Assembly (NCBI GenBank): GCA_965230335.1
Contig: CBDDKS010000006.1
Location: 1,569,321 to 1,633,320 of the forward strand
Source: Kangiellaceae bacterium
GTDB lineage: Bacteria > Pseudomonadota > Gammaproteobacteria > Enterobacterales > Kangiellaceae
DNA length: 64,000 nucleotides
Direction: 5' to 3'
The notes beneath the pieces are model-generated. The model saw nothing but the letters and a program-made list of their open reading frames with translations, made no database searches and was not told where the DNA came from. Positions 36,442 through 45,552 of the stretch are shown here, piece by piece. Every line of letters begins with the position of its first letter. Within the stretch, counting starts at the first letter, position 1. A program made the position numbers and the translations under genes.

Positions 36442-37125
36442 ATGAAAAAAAGTCTGCATGTTATTTTTATCATTTGGATGGTTATTTTTAGTGATCTGGT
36501 CTTTGCAAAAAGTACTTGCTATGGCACAACAGCCAATGGAAAGTTGGAAAATGCTGTTCAATTGCCAAAATCAGGGGATAATTTTATTGGATACAGTAAT
36601 TTTGCACGTTATTTAGGACGAACTTATGTGCATTCTGCGGTTAAAGACATCATGATAGAATCTTACCAAATGTTAAAAGATTCGATGCCGGATAAAGTGT
36701 ATAAGTATGCAGAAACCGGATTTAAAAAAGGAGGTAGGTTTAAACCACATAAAACCCATCAAAATGGATTATCTGTTGATTTTATGGTGCCTGTAATGAA
36801 TCAAAAGGGTCAATCTATTCATTTGCCAACACATATGATGAACCGTTATGGTTATGATATAGAATTTAATGCACATGGACTCTATGAGCATTTTAGAATA
36901 GATTTTGAAGCTATGGCTGAACATATATGGGCATTACATCTTGTTGCTCAGAAAAAAGGATATGGATTAAAACGTGTTATTTTTGATCTTAAGTTGCAAA
37001 AACATCTTTTCAATACCAAAAAGGGAAAGCTTTTAAAAAAACAGGTTGTGTTTTCAAAGAAGAAGGCATGGGTTCGACATGATGAGCACTATCATGTCGA
37101 CTTTGATATTCCCTGCAAAAAATAA
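36442..37125 (+). CDS. mepA: Penicillin-insensitive murein endopeptidase (peptidase M74).
   Basis: Signal peptide. LAS-type metallopeptidase motifs HQNGLSVDF and HDEHYHVDF. Size and pattern match E. coli MepA. Confidence 0.85.
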   Translation: MKKSLHVIFIIWMVIFSDLVFAKSTCYGTTANGKLENAVQLPKSGDNFIGYSNFARYLGRTYVHSAVKDIMIESYQMLKDSMPDKVYKYAETGFKKGGRFKPHKTHQNGLSVDFMVPVMNQKGQSIHLPTHMMNRYGYDIEFNAHGLYEHFRIDFEAMAEHIWALHLVAQKKGYGLKRVIFDLKLQKHLFNTKKGKLLKKQVVFSKKKAWVRHDEHYHVDFDIPCKK

Positions 37126-37256
37126 TCATCACCAGATTTAGTCATGTTATAGAATAGTAGACACAATTCATTGGTAGCTTTTAAAGAAAGGCTTTATAAA
37201 AAATATCATGGATGTTATGATAATTTTTTTATTTTTCACTGCCAGAGAACGCTATT

Positions 37257-37628
37257 GTGGACTATTCCCTGATTAAAATGCTCCATATGTCATTTGCCGG
37301 TTTATCTTTATTGGGATTTTTAATCCGTGGTTATTGGATGATAGTAGAATCTGATTTTTTAAATAAAAAACTAGTAAAAATATTGCCCCATATTATTGAT
37401 ACAGGGTTGCTTGTTACAGCGATTATTCTGGTTATGTTAAGTAGAATGTATCCTTTTACTGTCGATTGGGTAACATTGAAAGTAGTATTACTGATTGTTT
37501 ATATTATTTCTGGGACTATTGCATTAAAACGTGGAAAAAATAAACAACAAAGAATCATGGCTTTTGCTTTTTCGTTATTGGTTATTTTAAGTATTTTTGC
37601 TATTGCATCGATAAAGCCGCATTTTTAA
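37257..37628 (+). CDS. SirB2-family inner membrane protein.
   Basis: The 123-aa protein has four TM helices with the SirB2-like pattern (KMLHMSFAGLSLLGFLIRGYW...). The true start may be the internal Met. Confidence 0.5.
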   Translation: MDYSLIKMLHMSFAGLSLLGFLIRGYWMIVESDFLNKKLVKILPHIIDTGLLVTAIILVMLSRMYPFTVDWVTLKVVLLIVYIISGTIALKRGKNKQQRIMAFAFSLLVILSIFAIASIKPHF

Positions 37629-37904
37629 GTAAAACCTATAGCTATCATTGAAGCTAGGGCTGTATTCATAAATTACATAAATCATCTCGGATAAACATTT
37701 TGTGTGAGACATGTCTTACATGAATTTCAGTTTTCTCATAAAGATTTTCTTAAGATAGTTGATTAGACTAACGAAGTCATTCATACAGGTGATGAGTGAT
37801 ATTTCTTAGACTGATATCTTGTGTCTTGTATATCAATACAAGGAAGTTGTCTGGATATTAAGTTGTATGACATTCCATTTTCTCAATGTTAAAGGAGAAT
37901 TCCT

Positions 37905-40142
37905 ATGATCCAATTTGAGCAAGATTTAGAGTTTGATTTTGTTTTAAACGAAATTAAACAAGATGATGAGCTACCAGAAGCCTCGGTTTATATTGTTGAC
38001 AGTGACAATAAAGTGCTTGATAAACAAGATGTTTGTCATAAAAGTAAAATATTGTTACCTGCAAAAATTTTAAATGTAGCAAAAAAAGTTTTAATTACAC
38101 CACGCTCTGAAGAATTAAGTGATGATGTTTTGGCTTCTGCAAAAAAAATTAACAGAAAACAATTATTGCAGTTGTCATTAAATCAACAGGCACTTAATTT
38201 ACCAAGAAGAAATTGGATTACCTGGTTTCCATTGAATATCTGTGTATCTGGTAACGTAAGAAAGTGTTCATGGCGTCCATTTTTGGAACAATTGCAATTG
38301 AATACATTGCCTTTACAGCCATTAAGGTTGAATAAAAAGGTATCTTTAATTCAAAGTGCCAATCAATCTCTTGTCGCTCAAGCCAATACAAATATCTTAA
38401 GTCCCCTATTCAGACGATGTCGTCCAATCTGTGAAGGGATTGTTGAAGTATATGAGCGCATTTGTTGTGTCAAAATAAGAATCACACCTTCTATTATTGA
38501 TAAATTATGTCGATTGATTAAAGAGGGCTTACAGGAAGTTCCTGAAATACCCTTTCCTATTGATCCAGAAATTTATGAACAGGCACGATTTAGTGAACCC
38601 CCTTTACCTAAACATATTCAAGGTTTTTTTAAAGAAGGTGCTGCTGATGAGCTAAGAATCAATGGTGCGAATGATCTACAGGCACTTTCTTCTTTGTCTT
38701 TACCTGAAGCTGAAAAATATATTTTAGCCAGACCTTATTTGATACAAATTATTGAAAATTGTGGTCAGCCTGTTTTAAAAGGCGCGACTGCTATTGGAGA
38801 GGGTGGAGAGTTTAGTTTTTGTTATCCTGCTTTGCCTTATTTTTTCCCGGCCGGTTTTACACATTGTCGACGAGAAGTTGCCTTTAAGGTAACACAACTT
38901 TTAGAGACAGGTCCTCGTGTGATTTATAATGGTGTAGATGCCGGTATTTGGTTTGATCCTTTAGATGATATTACATTAACCAGTTATGATTACAGAGCCA
39001 TTGCCTGCGATTCACCAAATCCTGTGCCTGGTCCGGATGAAGCCTATGTTGCATTGGCTCGCATCGGTAATACAGATAGCGTGCATTTGGAAAGCCCTGA
39101 TCAACAATCAGAATTGTCTGTTGGAGATGGTTCACCATTATCCAATATTGCTGGTTTGGCATTTCCAGAGCCTAATTTAAATTTAGCCAAAGGCACCAGT
39201 AAAAACAGGAATTGGGGTGGTGTGTTACCCATCCGGTTGGATTTCTCCAAGAAAATGGCACTCACGAATGCCAGTCACTATCGCATCAGTATTGTGAAAT
39301 CCAATGCATCAGGACAGCCCATAGAAAGTACACGTGAATATTTGGATAGTGTGATTCATTGGTATTATAACGAGCCTGTTTTTGAAGGAGGCGTTTATAA
39401 AGCTAAAAAACGTAAAGTCACCTTAACGGATTCAGGTGATCCAACCTTCCATAAGATTCCTTATGATAATTTAATTCCCGCTGATTCAGCGTGGCGTGAT
39501 AATCAATATCATGCGTTCATTAATACCAATGAATTTGATGATCAACGTTATTTAATGACGGTGGAATTGTTTGATAATGCCTTTAATCGTGTTGTACCTA
39601 ATGGCACTGGTGGTGCAGGTGATGATCAGGAAAGCTTTACTTATCAAACCTGGAATATTGCAACAGAAACGACACCTGTCAATTATGCAGCATTAACTCA
39701 TGTTCTCTGGTGGGATAATCGTCCATTAACTGCGTTGATTGAAGATTTGCGTAAAAACGGTAATCCGAACAGTGCTGAGTGTCAATTTATGCAGAAAGAT
39801 CCCAGTAGTGCCGATGCACGATTTAGTGCAGGGTTCCGGGCTTTTCATGAACAGCATGGCCCAGGTATGCCGGACTTTTTATTAAATTGGCGTTTAAAGT
39901 GGAAACGAGGTTTAGGTGGCACAGAAACAACACTGGATGTAGGTGGTGAAAGTGTTGGCTTTGGATTAAATCCAGAAGAGAGTACTGATGAAAGCTTTAT
40001 CACCATGTTAGGTGGACATCAAAAATGTACATTTAGCTTAATGTTATTTGCTGCTGCAAAGACTTGGAATGGGAGTAGTTATTTGTATCCAAATGCATTA
40101 CGTGATGTTGCTTCCTTTGCTTTAGATGTGAGTTCCTCTTAA
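37905..40142 (+). CDS. Large orphan hypothetical protein (745 aa). No recognisable domain. Locally higher GC.
   Basis: Long ORF with coding-like composition. Cys-rich patch CRPICEGIVEVYERICCVKIRI. No signal peptide and no TM segment. GGAG-like AAAGGAG lies 9 nt upstream of the ATG. Confidence 0.6.
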   Translation: MIQFEQDLEFDFVLNEIKQDDELPEASVYIVDSDNKVLDKQDVCHKSKILLPAKILNVAKKVLITPRSEELSDDVLASAKKINRKQLLQLSLNQQALNLPRRNWITWFPLNICVSGNVRKCSWRPFLEQLQLNTLPLQPLRLNKKVSLIQSANQSLVAQANTNILSPLFRRCRPICEGIVEVYERICCVKIRITPSIIDKLCRLIKEGLQEVPEIPFPIDPEIYEQARFSEPPLPKHIQGFFKEGAADELRINGANDLQALSSLSLPEAEKYILARPYLIQIIENCGQPVLKGATAIGEGGEFSFCYPALPYFFPAGFTHCRREVAFKVTQLLETGPRVIYNGVDAGIWFDPLDDITLTSYDYRAIACDSPNPVPGPDEAYVALARIGNTDSVHLESPDQQSELSVGDGSPLSNIAGLAFPEPNLNLAKGTSKNRNWGGVLPIRLDFSKKMALTNASHYRISIVKSNASGQPIESTREYLDSVIHWYYNEPVFEGGVYKAKKRKVTLTDSGDPTFHKIPYDNLIPADSAWRDNQYHAFINTNEFDDQRYLMTVELFDNAFNRVVPNGTGGAGDDQESFTYQTWNIATETTPVNYAALTHVLWWDNRPLTALIEDLRKNGNPNSAECQFMQKDPSSADARFSAGFRAFHEQHGPGMPDFLLNWRLKWKRGLGGTETTLDVGGESVGFGLNPEESTDESFITMLGGHQKCTFSLMLFAAAKTWNGSSYLYPNALRDVASFALDVSSS

Positions 40143-40408
40143 TCTATCGTTTAAATAACCTGAAGCATATTGTTTTTCATAAGCCACCTTACTGCTTAGT
40201 TAGACAATATGCTTCATAGGGTTTATTTCTTAAATAGAAAAACCATTCTTATCAGTTTTTGAAGATTAGGTTTCATAAACATTCCATTGAAAATCTTATC
40301 AGCTTCTGTATTATATGGATTTAATTATTCAAATTAGCAATTTATCGGGATTGAGATGGCAGATACTATTACTTTAGTGTATTCAATCAATTGTTAGGTG
40401 CAGGAACC

Positions 40409-40723
40409 ATGAAAAGTAAACATGAGAAAAAAATAATTTCGGAGTATCGTAAAATTTGTGATAACCCGAACGCTCAAACTCGCGTTTACCATCGAATAGC
40501 TGTGATAGCCTTTGCTGTTGCATGGCTCTGTATATTTGCTTGTTTTTTTGGTTACTTTCAGAATTATGAGCCTGCCATTCATCTAGTTATTTTTGGTTTT
40601 GTAGGCGGAGTTACTCTGTGCCTAGGATTTTGGTTTAGTCAAATTGGTCCACAAGTAAAAATATTAGCACAACATATTTCTAAAGAATCGCTGGAAAAGC
40701 GTATCAATGAACTCAGTACATAA
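40409..40723 (+). CDS. Small membrane protein (2 TM).
   Basis: ORF. ATG at 40409 preferred over the track's TTG at 40391. Hydrophobic hairpin. Confidence 0.35.
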   Translation: MKSKHEKKIISEYRKICDNPNAQTRVYHRIAVIAFAVAWLCIFACFFGYFQNYEPAIHLVIFGFVGGVTLCLGFWFSQIGPQVKILAQHISKESLEKRINELST

Positions 40724-40767
40724 CAAGTGACTATAGCGACAGTCTGTTTTTATTTTACTAAAAAATT

Positions 40768-41064
40768 ATGAGTATTGATCTATACGAACTTGCTGATAGT
40801 GTTGAAACAGAACAGGATTTCCTGAATTTTGTACAAGCATTAATGGAAGATAAAGACGATGAAGAAAAAAAAGAAAAAGTTAAAACTAACTCACCTTGGG
40901 CAGCTGGAGCAAATGGTTGGGAAAATGGAAGTATAGTAGCGTTCCTGGATGCTGCGTTAGCTTGGGGGCAAGCTTCAATAAATGGCTTAGAGTTTTATAA
41001 TAAACCAGAAAACACTTGGAAAAGAGCGGCACATATATTACATGCAGGAAAGTTCTATGAATAA
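40768..41064 (+). CDS. Small acidic cytoplasmic hypothetical protein (98 aa).
   Basis: ORF. It is preceded by a junction motif that recurs after the neighbouring small ORFs. Confidence 0.4.
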   Translation: MSIDLYELADSVETEQDFLNFVQALMEDKDDEEKKEKVKTNSPWAAGANGWENGSIVAFLDAALAWGQASINGLEFYNKPENTWKRAAHILHAGKFYE

Positions 41065-41244
41065 CACTCATAACAAGTTACTGAAATTATAAAATAAAAA
41101 TCAGATAACCAATATAGAGAAGTATCTTACAAATTTAACTGTTCAATTCTTACAAAGATATCAAAAAATACTGTGATATCTACCATTGTACTTGTAAGAT
41201 ATTATTGATAAAGTGACTGTCTTTTTTTATTAATCTATCCTGAT

Positions 41245-41622
41245 ATGGAATTAGAAAAACGAATAATTGATGAATTTTCTCTAGAGGAAGTAGGTTTTCT
41301 AGAGGAATCATATATAAAAGAGAATACAGATTTACTTTGGGTTAAGGGAAACTTTGATCCGATGAAGTATGTACCCAACTATATATTATGGTGTCTTCGA
41401 AATAGGGATAGAGATGGTAATCTTGTAGCACATCATATAATTAGAACTTTATCCGAATACGGTAGAGCTAAAAATCCAAATAATGATTACCTAAATTTCA
41501 AATACAAATGTAGTCTTTCTCAGAAAGAACTGGTGATAGAATTCTTGAAATGGTCTAGATCCGGTTTAGTTTTGGCCGAGGAGGAAATTATAAATAGAGC
41601 TATAAAACAATGGCAAAAATAG
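41245..41622 (+). CDS. Small hypothetical protein (125 aa).
   Basis: ORF. Upstream motif GTGACTGTCTTTTTTTATT, similar to the motif upstream of the 40768 ORF. Confidence 0.4.
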   Translation: MELEKRIIDEFSLEEVGFLEESYIKENTDLLWVKGNFDPMKYVPNYILWCLRNRDRDGNLVAHHIIRTLSEYGRAKNPNNDYLNFKYKCSLSQKELVIEFLKWSRSGLVLAEEEIINRAIKQWQK

Positions 41623-41774
41623 ATAACAAAACTGTCTGTGAAAATTGTATCCCTTAGTTAAAAGGACTCTCGCCCGTAATAGTGGCTTTAAAAATTTCGA
41701 TATACCGAATGTCTGTAGATAGATGTTCTCTGCCTGTTGATTTAAATCATATTCTAACTTCTAAAAATGTCGTA

Positions 41775-42668
41775 TTAAGTCTGGTCAGATACATTTGAAT
41801 TTAACTTCTCTTCGATAAAAGTATCTTTTTCTTGCCATATTTGATTCAACCATTGTTGTATAGCAACGCGTGTATCCTGTTGACTCATATCACCAATAAG
41901 TTCAGATTCTAAGTTTCTTTTTTGAACGTATACTTGGATTTCCTTGACTTGTCCACACATAAAAGACCAAAAAGTTGGACGACCATGAGGGTAAACAATG
42001 GTTACATCAATAACACTATCAATATATTCACCCAGTAAAGAACATACAATACCAATACCACCAGATTTAGGTTTTAATAAATGTTGATAAGAGCTGTTTT
42101 GTCGTTTTTGTTTTTCTTTTGTAAAACGGGTGCCTTCAGCAAAATTCATAATGGATGTTGGAATATGCTCAAATTTCTTGCAGGCTTTTTTAGTTGTTTC
42201 AAAGTCTTTGCCTTTTTTATGTGGATTTTTTTTAAGATATTCTTTGGAATAGCGTTGCATAAAAGGAAAATCCAAAGCCCACCAGGCTATACCTATAATA
42301 GGTACCCAAATCAGTTCTTGTTTAAGAAAGAACTTTAAAAAAGGTATTTTTTTATTGAATACTTTCTGTAATACCAGAATATCTACCCATGATTGATGAT
42401 TGGCAATAACAAGATACCAATGTTTTAGGCTATAACTTTCATTATTATGGATATGAATATTTGTGGGTGTTGTGATGTTGATAATTAAAGTGTTGATTGA
42501 ACACCATAGAGAAACAAAATAATTTAAAATGGTATCCAAAAATTTTAATTTTATTAAAGGGGATATAATAAATTTTAATAAAGAAAATAGAAAAACGGGT
42601 ATACAAATAATCAGTGTATTGATAATGTATAAGGAAAAAGAAAATAAACCTAATATTGTCGACATCAT
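41775..42668 (-). CDS. Lysophospholipid/glycerol-phosphate acyltransferase family protein (PlsC-like).
   Basis: N-terminal TM segments. HX4D acyltransferase motif (NHQSWVDILVL) and FAEGTRF motif. It overlaps the speA stop by 1 nt. Confidence 0.75.
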   Translation of the reverse strand: MMSTILGLFSFSLYIINTLIICIPVFLFSLLKFIISPLIKLKFLDTILNYFVSLWCSINTLIINITTPTNIHIHNNESYSLKHWYLVIANHQSWVDILVLQKVFNKKIPFLKFFLKQELIWVPIIGIAWWALDFPFMQRYSKEYLKKNPHKKGKDFETTKKACKKFEHIPTSIMNFAEGTRFTKEKQKRQNSSYQHLLKPKSGGIGIVCSLLGEYIDSVIDVTIVYPHGRPTFWSFMCGQVKEIQVYVQKRNLESELIGDMSQQDTRVAIQQWLNQIWQEKDTFIEEKLNSNVSDQT

Positions 42669-44533
42669 TAATCTTCTAAATAAGTATAGCCATGCAAACC
42701 AGTTTTTAATTCTTCTAAATATTGCTTTTGAATATTTTTATTAAGTTGGCTTTTGGATAATTGTTGGTAGTACTGTTGAATTAAATCATCTGTATTAAAA
42801 TGGACAATCTCCAAAACATCCGATACTTTATCTCCCTGAGTGCATTTATGACTAATAAAAGCACCTTCTTTTTCTAATTCAATATCGATTGCATGAGTAT
42901 CACCAAATAAATTATGTAAGTCTCCCAGTATTTCCTGATAAGCACCAACCATAAAAATACCTAAGAGTGGTGAATTGGATTCAGAATATTCAGGAATCAT
43001 TAAACTGGTCTCAACATCTTTTTGATTAATGTAAGATTCAATACGACCATCAGAATCACAGGTAATATCTTTCACAATACCTCGATGACTTAGAGGTTTG
43101 TTCAAGTGTTGCAATGGCATGATAGGAAAAATCTGATCAACACCCCAGACATCAGGCAATGATTGAAATAATGAGAAGTTACAAAAGAGTTTATTCGCCA
43201 GTTTAAAATTCAGTTCATTAATAATTTTTATATGACCTGAAATTTCAGAAGATAATAAAGGCAATACTTTTCGACAGATAGCAAAATATAATTGTTCACA
43301 GCGAGCCAATTCTTGTAGATTAATTTTTTCATGGGTATAGAGCATGACGGCTTCATTTAAATAAAAGGAAGCACTATGATAGGCCTCAATAGCCGTTTCT
43401 GAATTTAACGATAGATAGTGATGCCATAGGTTTTGAATAATATGTGCATCGCGTTCATTTGCTGCTTTGGGTTCCAGCAAACCGGGTGGTTGTTCCTGAT
43501 CAATAATATTAGTGATTAAAACGGCGTGATGAGCGGTTAATGCCCGACCGGATTCTGTAACAATCTCAGGAAAATCAAGTTGATTGGTAGAAATAATTTC
43601 TGATAATGTTTGAATAATGGTATTGGCATATTCCTGCATGGAGTAATTAGTTGAACAATATGAAGATGACTGAGTACCTTCGTAGTCAACGCCTAAACCA
43701 CCCCCAACATCTAACACATCAATAGGAACACCCATACGACACAGTTCAGTGTAATAGCGACCACACTCTTTGATACCTCTGCGAATATCAGAGATTGTTG
43801 AAATTTGTGATCCCAAATGGCAATGCAGTAATTTTAAACTGTTGGTGTAGCCTGTTTCCTGAAGTTGGTTGATAAATTTTAAGAGTTGACTGGGCGATAA
43901 GCCAAATTTGGATTTCTCTCCTCCAGTATCCTGCCATTTACCTTTGCTAATAGCGTAAATACGAATTCTAACGCCCAGTTGAGGCACAACCTGCATATGT
44001 TGTGCTTCTTCAAGAATCATTTTTAGTTCATTGAGTTTTTCGACAACGATGAAAACACGACGTCCCATTTGCTGACCAATCAATGCAGTACGAATATATT
44101 CCTTGTCTTTATAGCCATTACAAATAACAAAGCTGTTATTTGGCATAGGTGTTCCTAAAATAGCCAATAGCTCAGCTTTGCTGCCTGCTTCCATACCAAA
44201 TCGATGTTGGCCATGTTGTGTTAAGGTTTTGACAACAGAGTGTTGTTGATTGACTTTGATAGGATAAACACAGGTATATTGATTTTGATAATTGAAATCA
44301 TGAATGGCCTGTGAGAAAGCATGATAAATTTCATCAAATCTTTCCCGCAAAATAGAATTAAATCGAAGCAGTAAAGGCAAAGACCAATCTTGTTGGTTTA
44401 GATAGTGAACAATATCCACGAGTTTCTTGGAACATTGTGGCGAATGTTTAGCAGTTACCCGAATGTCACCATCATCATCAACAAAAAAATATCCATCACT
44501 CCATTGTTGGATATTATGGCTATTTATTGTCAT
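42668..44533 (-). CDS. speA: Biosynthetic arginine decarboxylase.
   Basis: Strong similarity to the E. coli SpeA core (YPIKVNQQHSVV...EAGSKAELL, PLP-binding region). The length is 621 aa. Confidence 0.9.
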   Translation of the reverse strand: MTINSHNIQQWSDGYFFVDDDGDIRVTAKHSPQCSKKLVDIVHYLNQQDWSLPLLLRFNSILRERFDEIYHAFSQAIHDFNYQNQYTCVYPIKVNQQHSVVKTLTQHGQHRFGMEAGSKAELLAILGTPMPNNSFVICNGYKDKEYIRTALIGQQMGRRVFIVVEKLNELKMILEEAQHMQVVPQLGVRIRIYAISKGKWQDTGGEKSKFGLSPSQLLKFINQLQETGYTNSLKLLHCHLGSQISTISDIRRGIKECGRYYTELCRMGVPIDVLDVGGGLGVDYEGTQSSSYCSTNYSMQEYANTIIQTLSEIISTNQLDFPEIVTESGRALTAHHAVLITNIIDQEQPPGLLEPKAANERDAHIIQNLWHHYLSLNSETAIEAYHSASFYLNEAVMLYTHEKINLQELARCEQLYFAICRKVLPLLSSEISGHIKIINELNFKLANKLFCNFSLFQSLPDVWGVDQIFPIMPLQHLNKPLSHRGIVKDITCDSDGRIESYINQKDVETSLMIPEYSESNSPLLGIFMVGAYQEILGDLHNLFGDTHAIDIELEKEGAFISHKCTQGDKVSDVLEIVHFNTDDLIQQYYQQLSKSQLNKNIQKQYLEELKTGLHGYTYLED

Positions 44534-44599
44534 AGAAGTATCTTATGGCTTCTGTAAATTGTGTAGGAAACAGTGGAGCGGTAGATTACCAGATTATAA

Positions 44600-45067
44600 T
44601 TATTCTTTGCAGGCTTTTTTTATTTTTTGGCGCAATTGCTCAAAGTGGGCGAGGCGTTCTTTTTCATTCAAGGCATGACGTCCTTTCTCTTCAGAGTGTT
44701 TCCAGAGTATTTGAGAGCGTAGGGCTCTTTGTAGTTGATGTTGCAATTTTTTGCAGGTTGCGGCCTGCTCTTTTTGCTTTTCTGCGGCTTCTTGCTTTGA
44801 TTTCTTAATATGTTGCCGTCTTTCTTTTTCAGCATTCATCCATTTCATGGCATTATCAATCGATTCTTTGGAACGATTGGCATTGGAGGTGCTTGTCGGT
44901 TTATGAGATTTAATAGAAACGATAGAATATTTAATGTTAGGATCGCTGGGAGGCGTATCGCTGTATTTTACATTGCCGGACTTATCTTTCCAGGTATATA
45001 GTGGCAAATCTTTAGCTGTGCTAAAGTTACAGGTCAAAAAAAGAATGATTAAATATAATCTAAGCAT
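44600..45067 (-). CDS. DUF4124 domain-containing secreted protein.
   Basis: Signal peptide plus the DUF4124 signature LPLYTWKDKSGNVKYSDTPP. Basic coiled-coil tail. Confidence 0.7.
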   Translation of the reverse strand: MLRLYLIILFLTCNFSTAKDLPLYTWKDKSGNVKYSDTPPSDPNIKYSIVSIKSHKPTSTSNANRSKESIDNAMKWMNAEKERRQHIKKSKQEAAEKQKEQAATCKKLQHQLQRALRSQILWKHSEEKGRHALNEKERLAHFEQLRQKIKKACKE

Positions 45068-45219
45068 TTGATAATATTGAATTATTTTATAGATATATCA
45101 AATATAAATAGGTATGTTTACCTAATTAGTTTTCATGATATCTTCGTTTATCGAGTTTAGACTTTAAAGTGGCCAATCGCCAGTGTCTGTTACTCTTTCA
45201 TTCAATATCTTAAGAATAG

Positions 45220-45489
45220 ATGAAATATAACACTATGATCAAGCAAACAATGATTCAAGAATTGACAGATAAATTATCACAACTGTTTCCAGACAATATG
45301 AACGATATTCGGCAGGATATCAAACAACAGATTCATCAGTTGCTGCAATCCAGACTTAATGATTTAAATTTGGTCACTCGAGAAGAGTTTGATGTTCAGG
45401 TTAAAGTGCTACAGAAAACCCGAGCAAAGCTTCAAGAGCTGGAAACTCAGGTTTTTGAGTTAGAACGTCAATTGAATGAACACTCCTAA
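45220..45489 (+). CDS. ubiK: Ubiquinone biosynthesis accessory factor UbiK (YqiC/BMFP family).
   Basis: Approx. 85-aa coiled-coil protein. The pattern LVTREEFDVQVKVLQKTRAKLQELE matches UbiK. Confidence 0.6.
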   Translation: MKYNTMIKQTMIQELTDKLSQLFPDNMNDIRQDIKQQIHQLLQSRLNDLNLVTREEFDVQVKVLQKTRAKLQELETQVFELERQLNEHS

Positions 45490-45552
45490 ATATTAGGACA
45501 AGTCTTTTATGATGATTGATATGTTTTATTTGTTATTCCATGATACAAAAGT

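Noticed and set aside
44427-44808. Plus-strand ORFs of 83 and 87 aa overlapping the speA 5' end and the DUF4124 gene.
   Set aside because: They are antisense to two supported minus-strand genes. Both have Cys/Leu-rich low-complexity translations.
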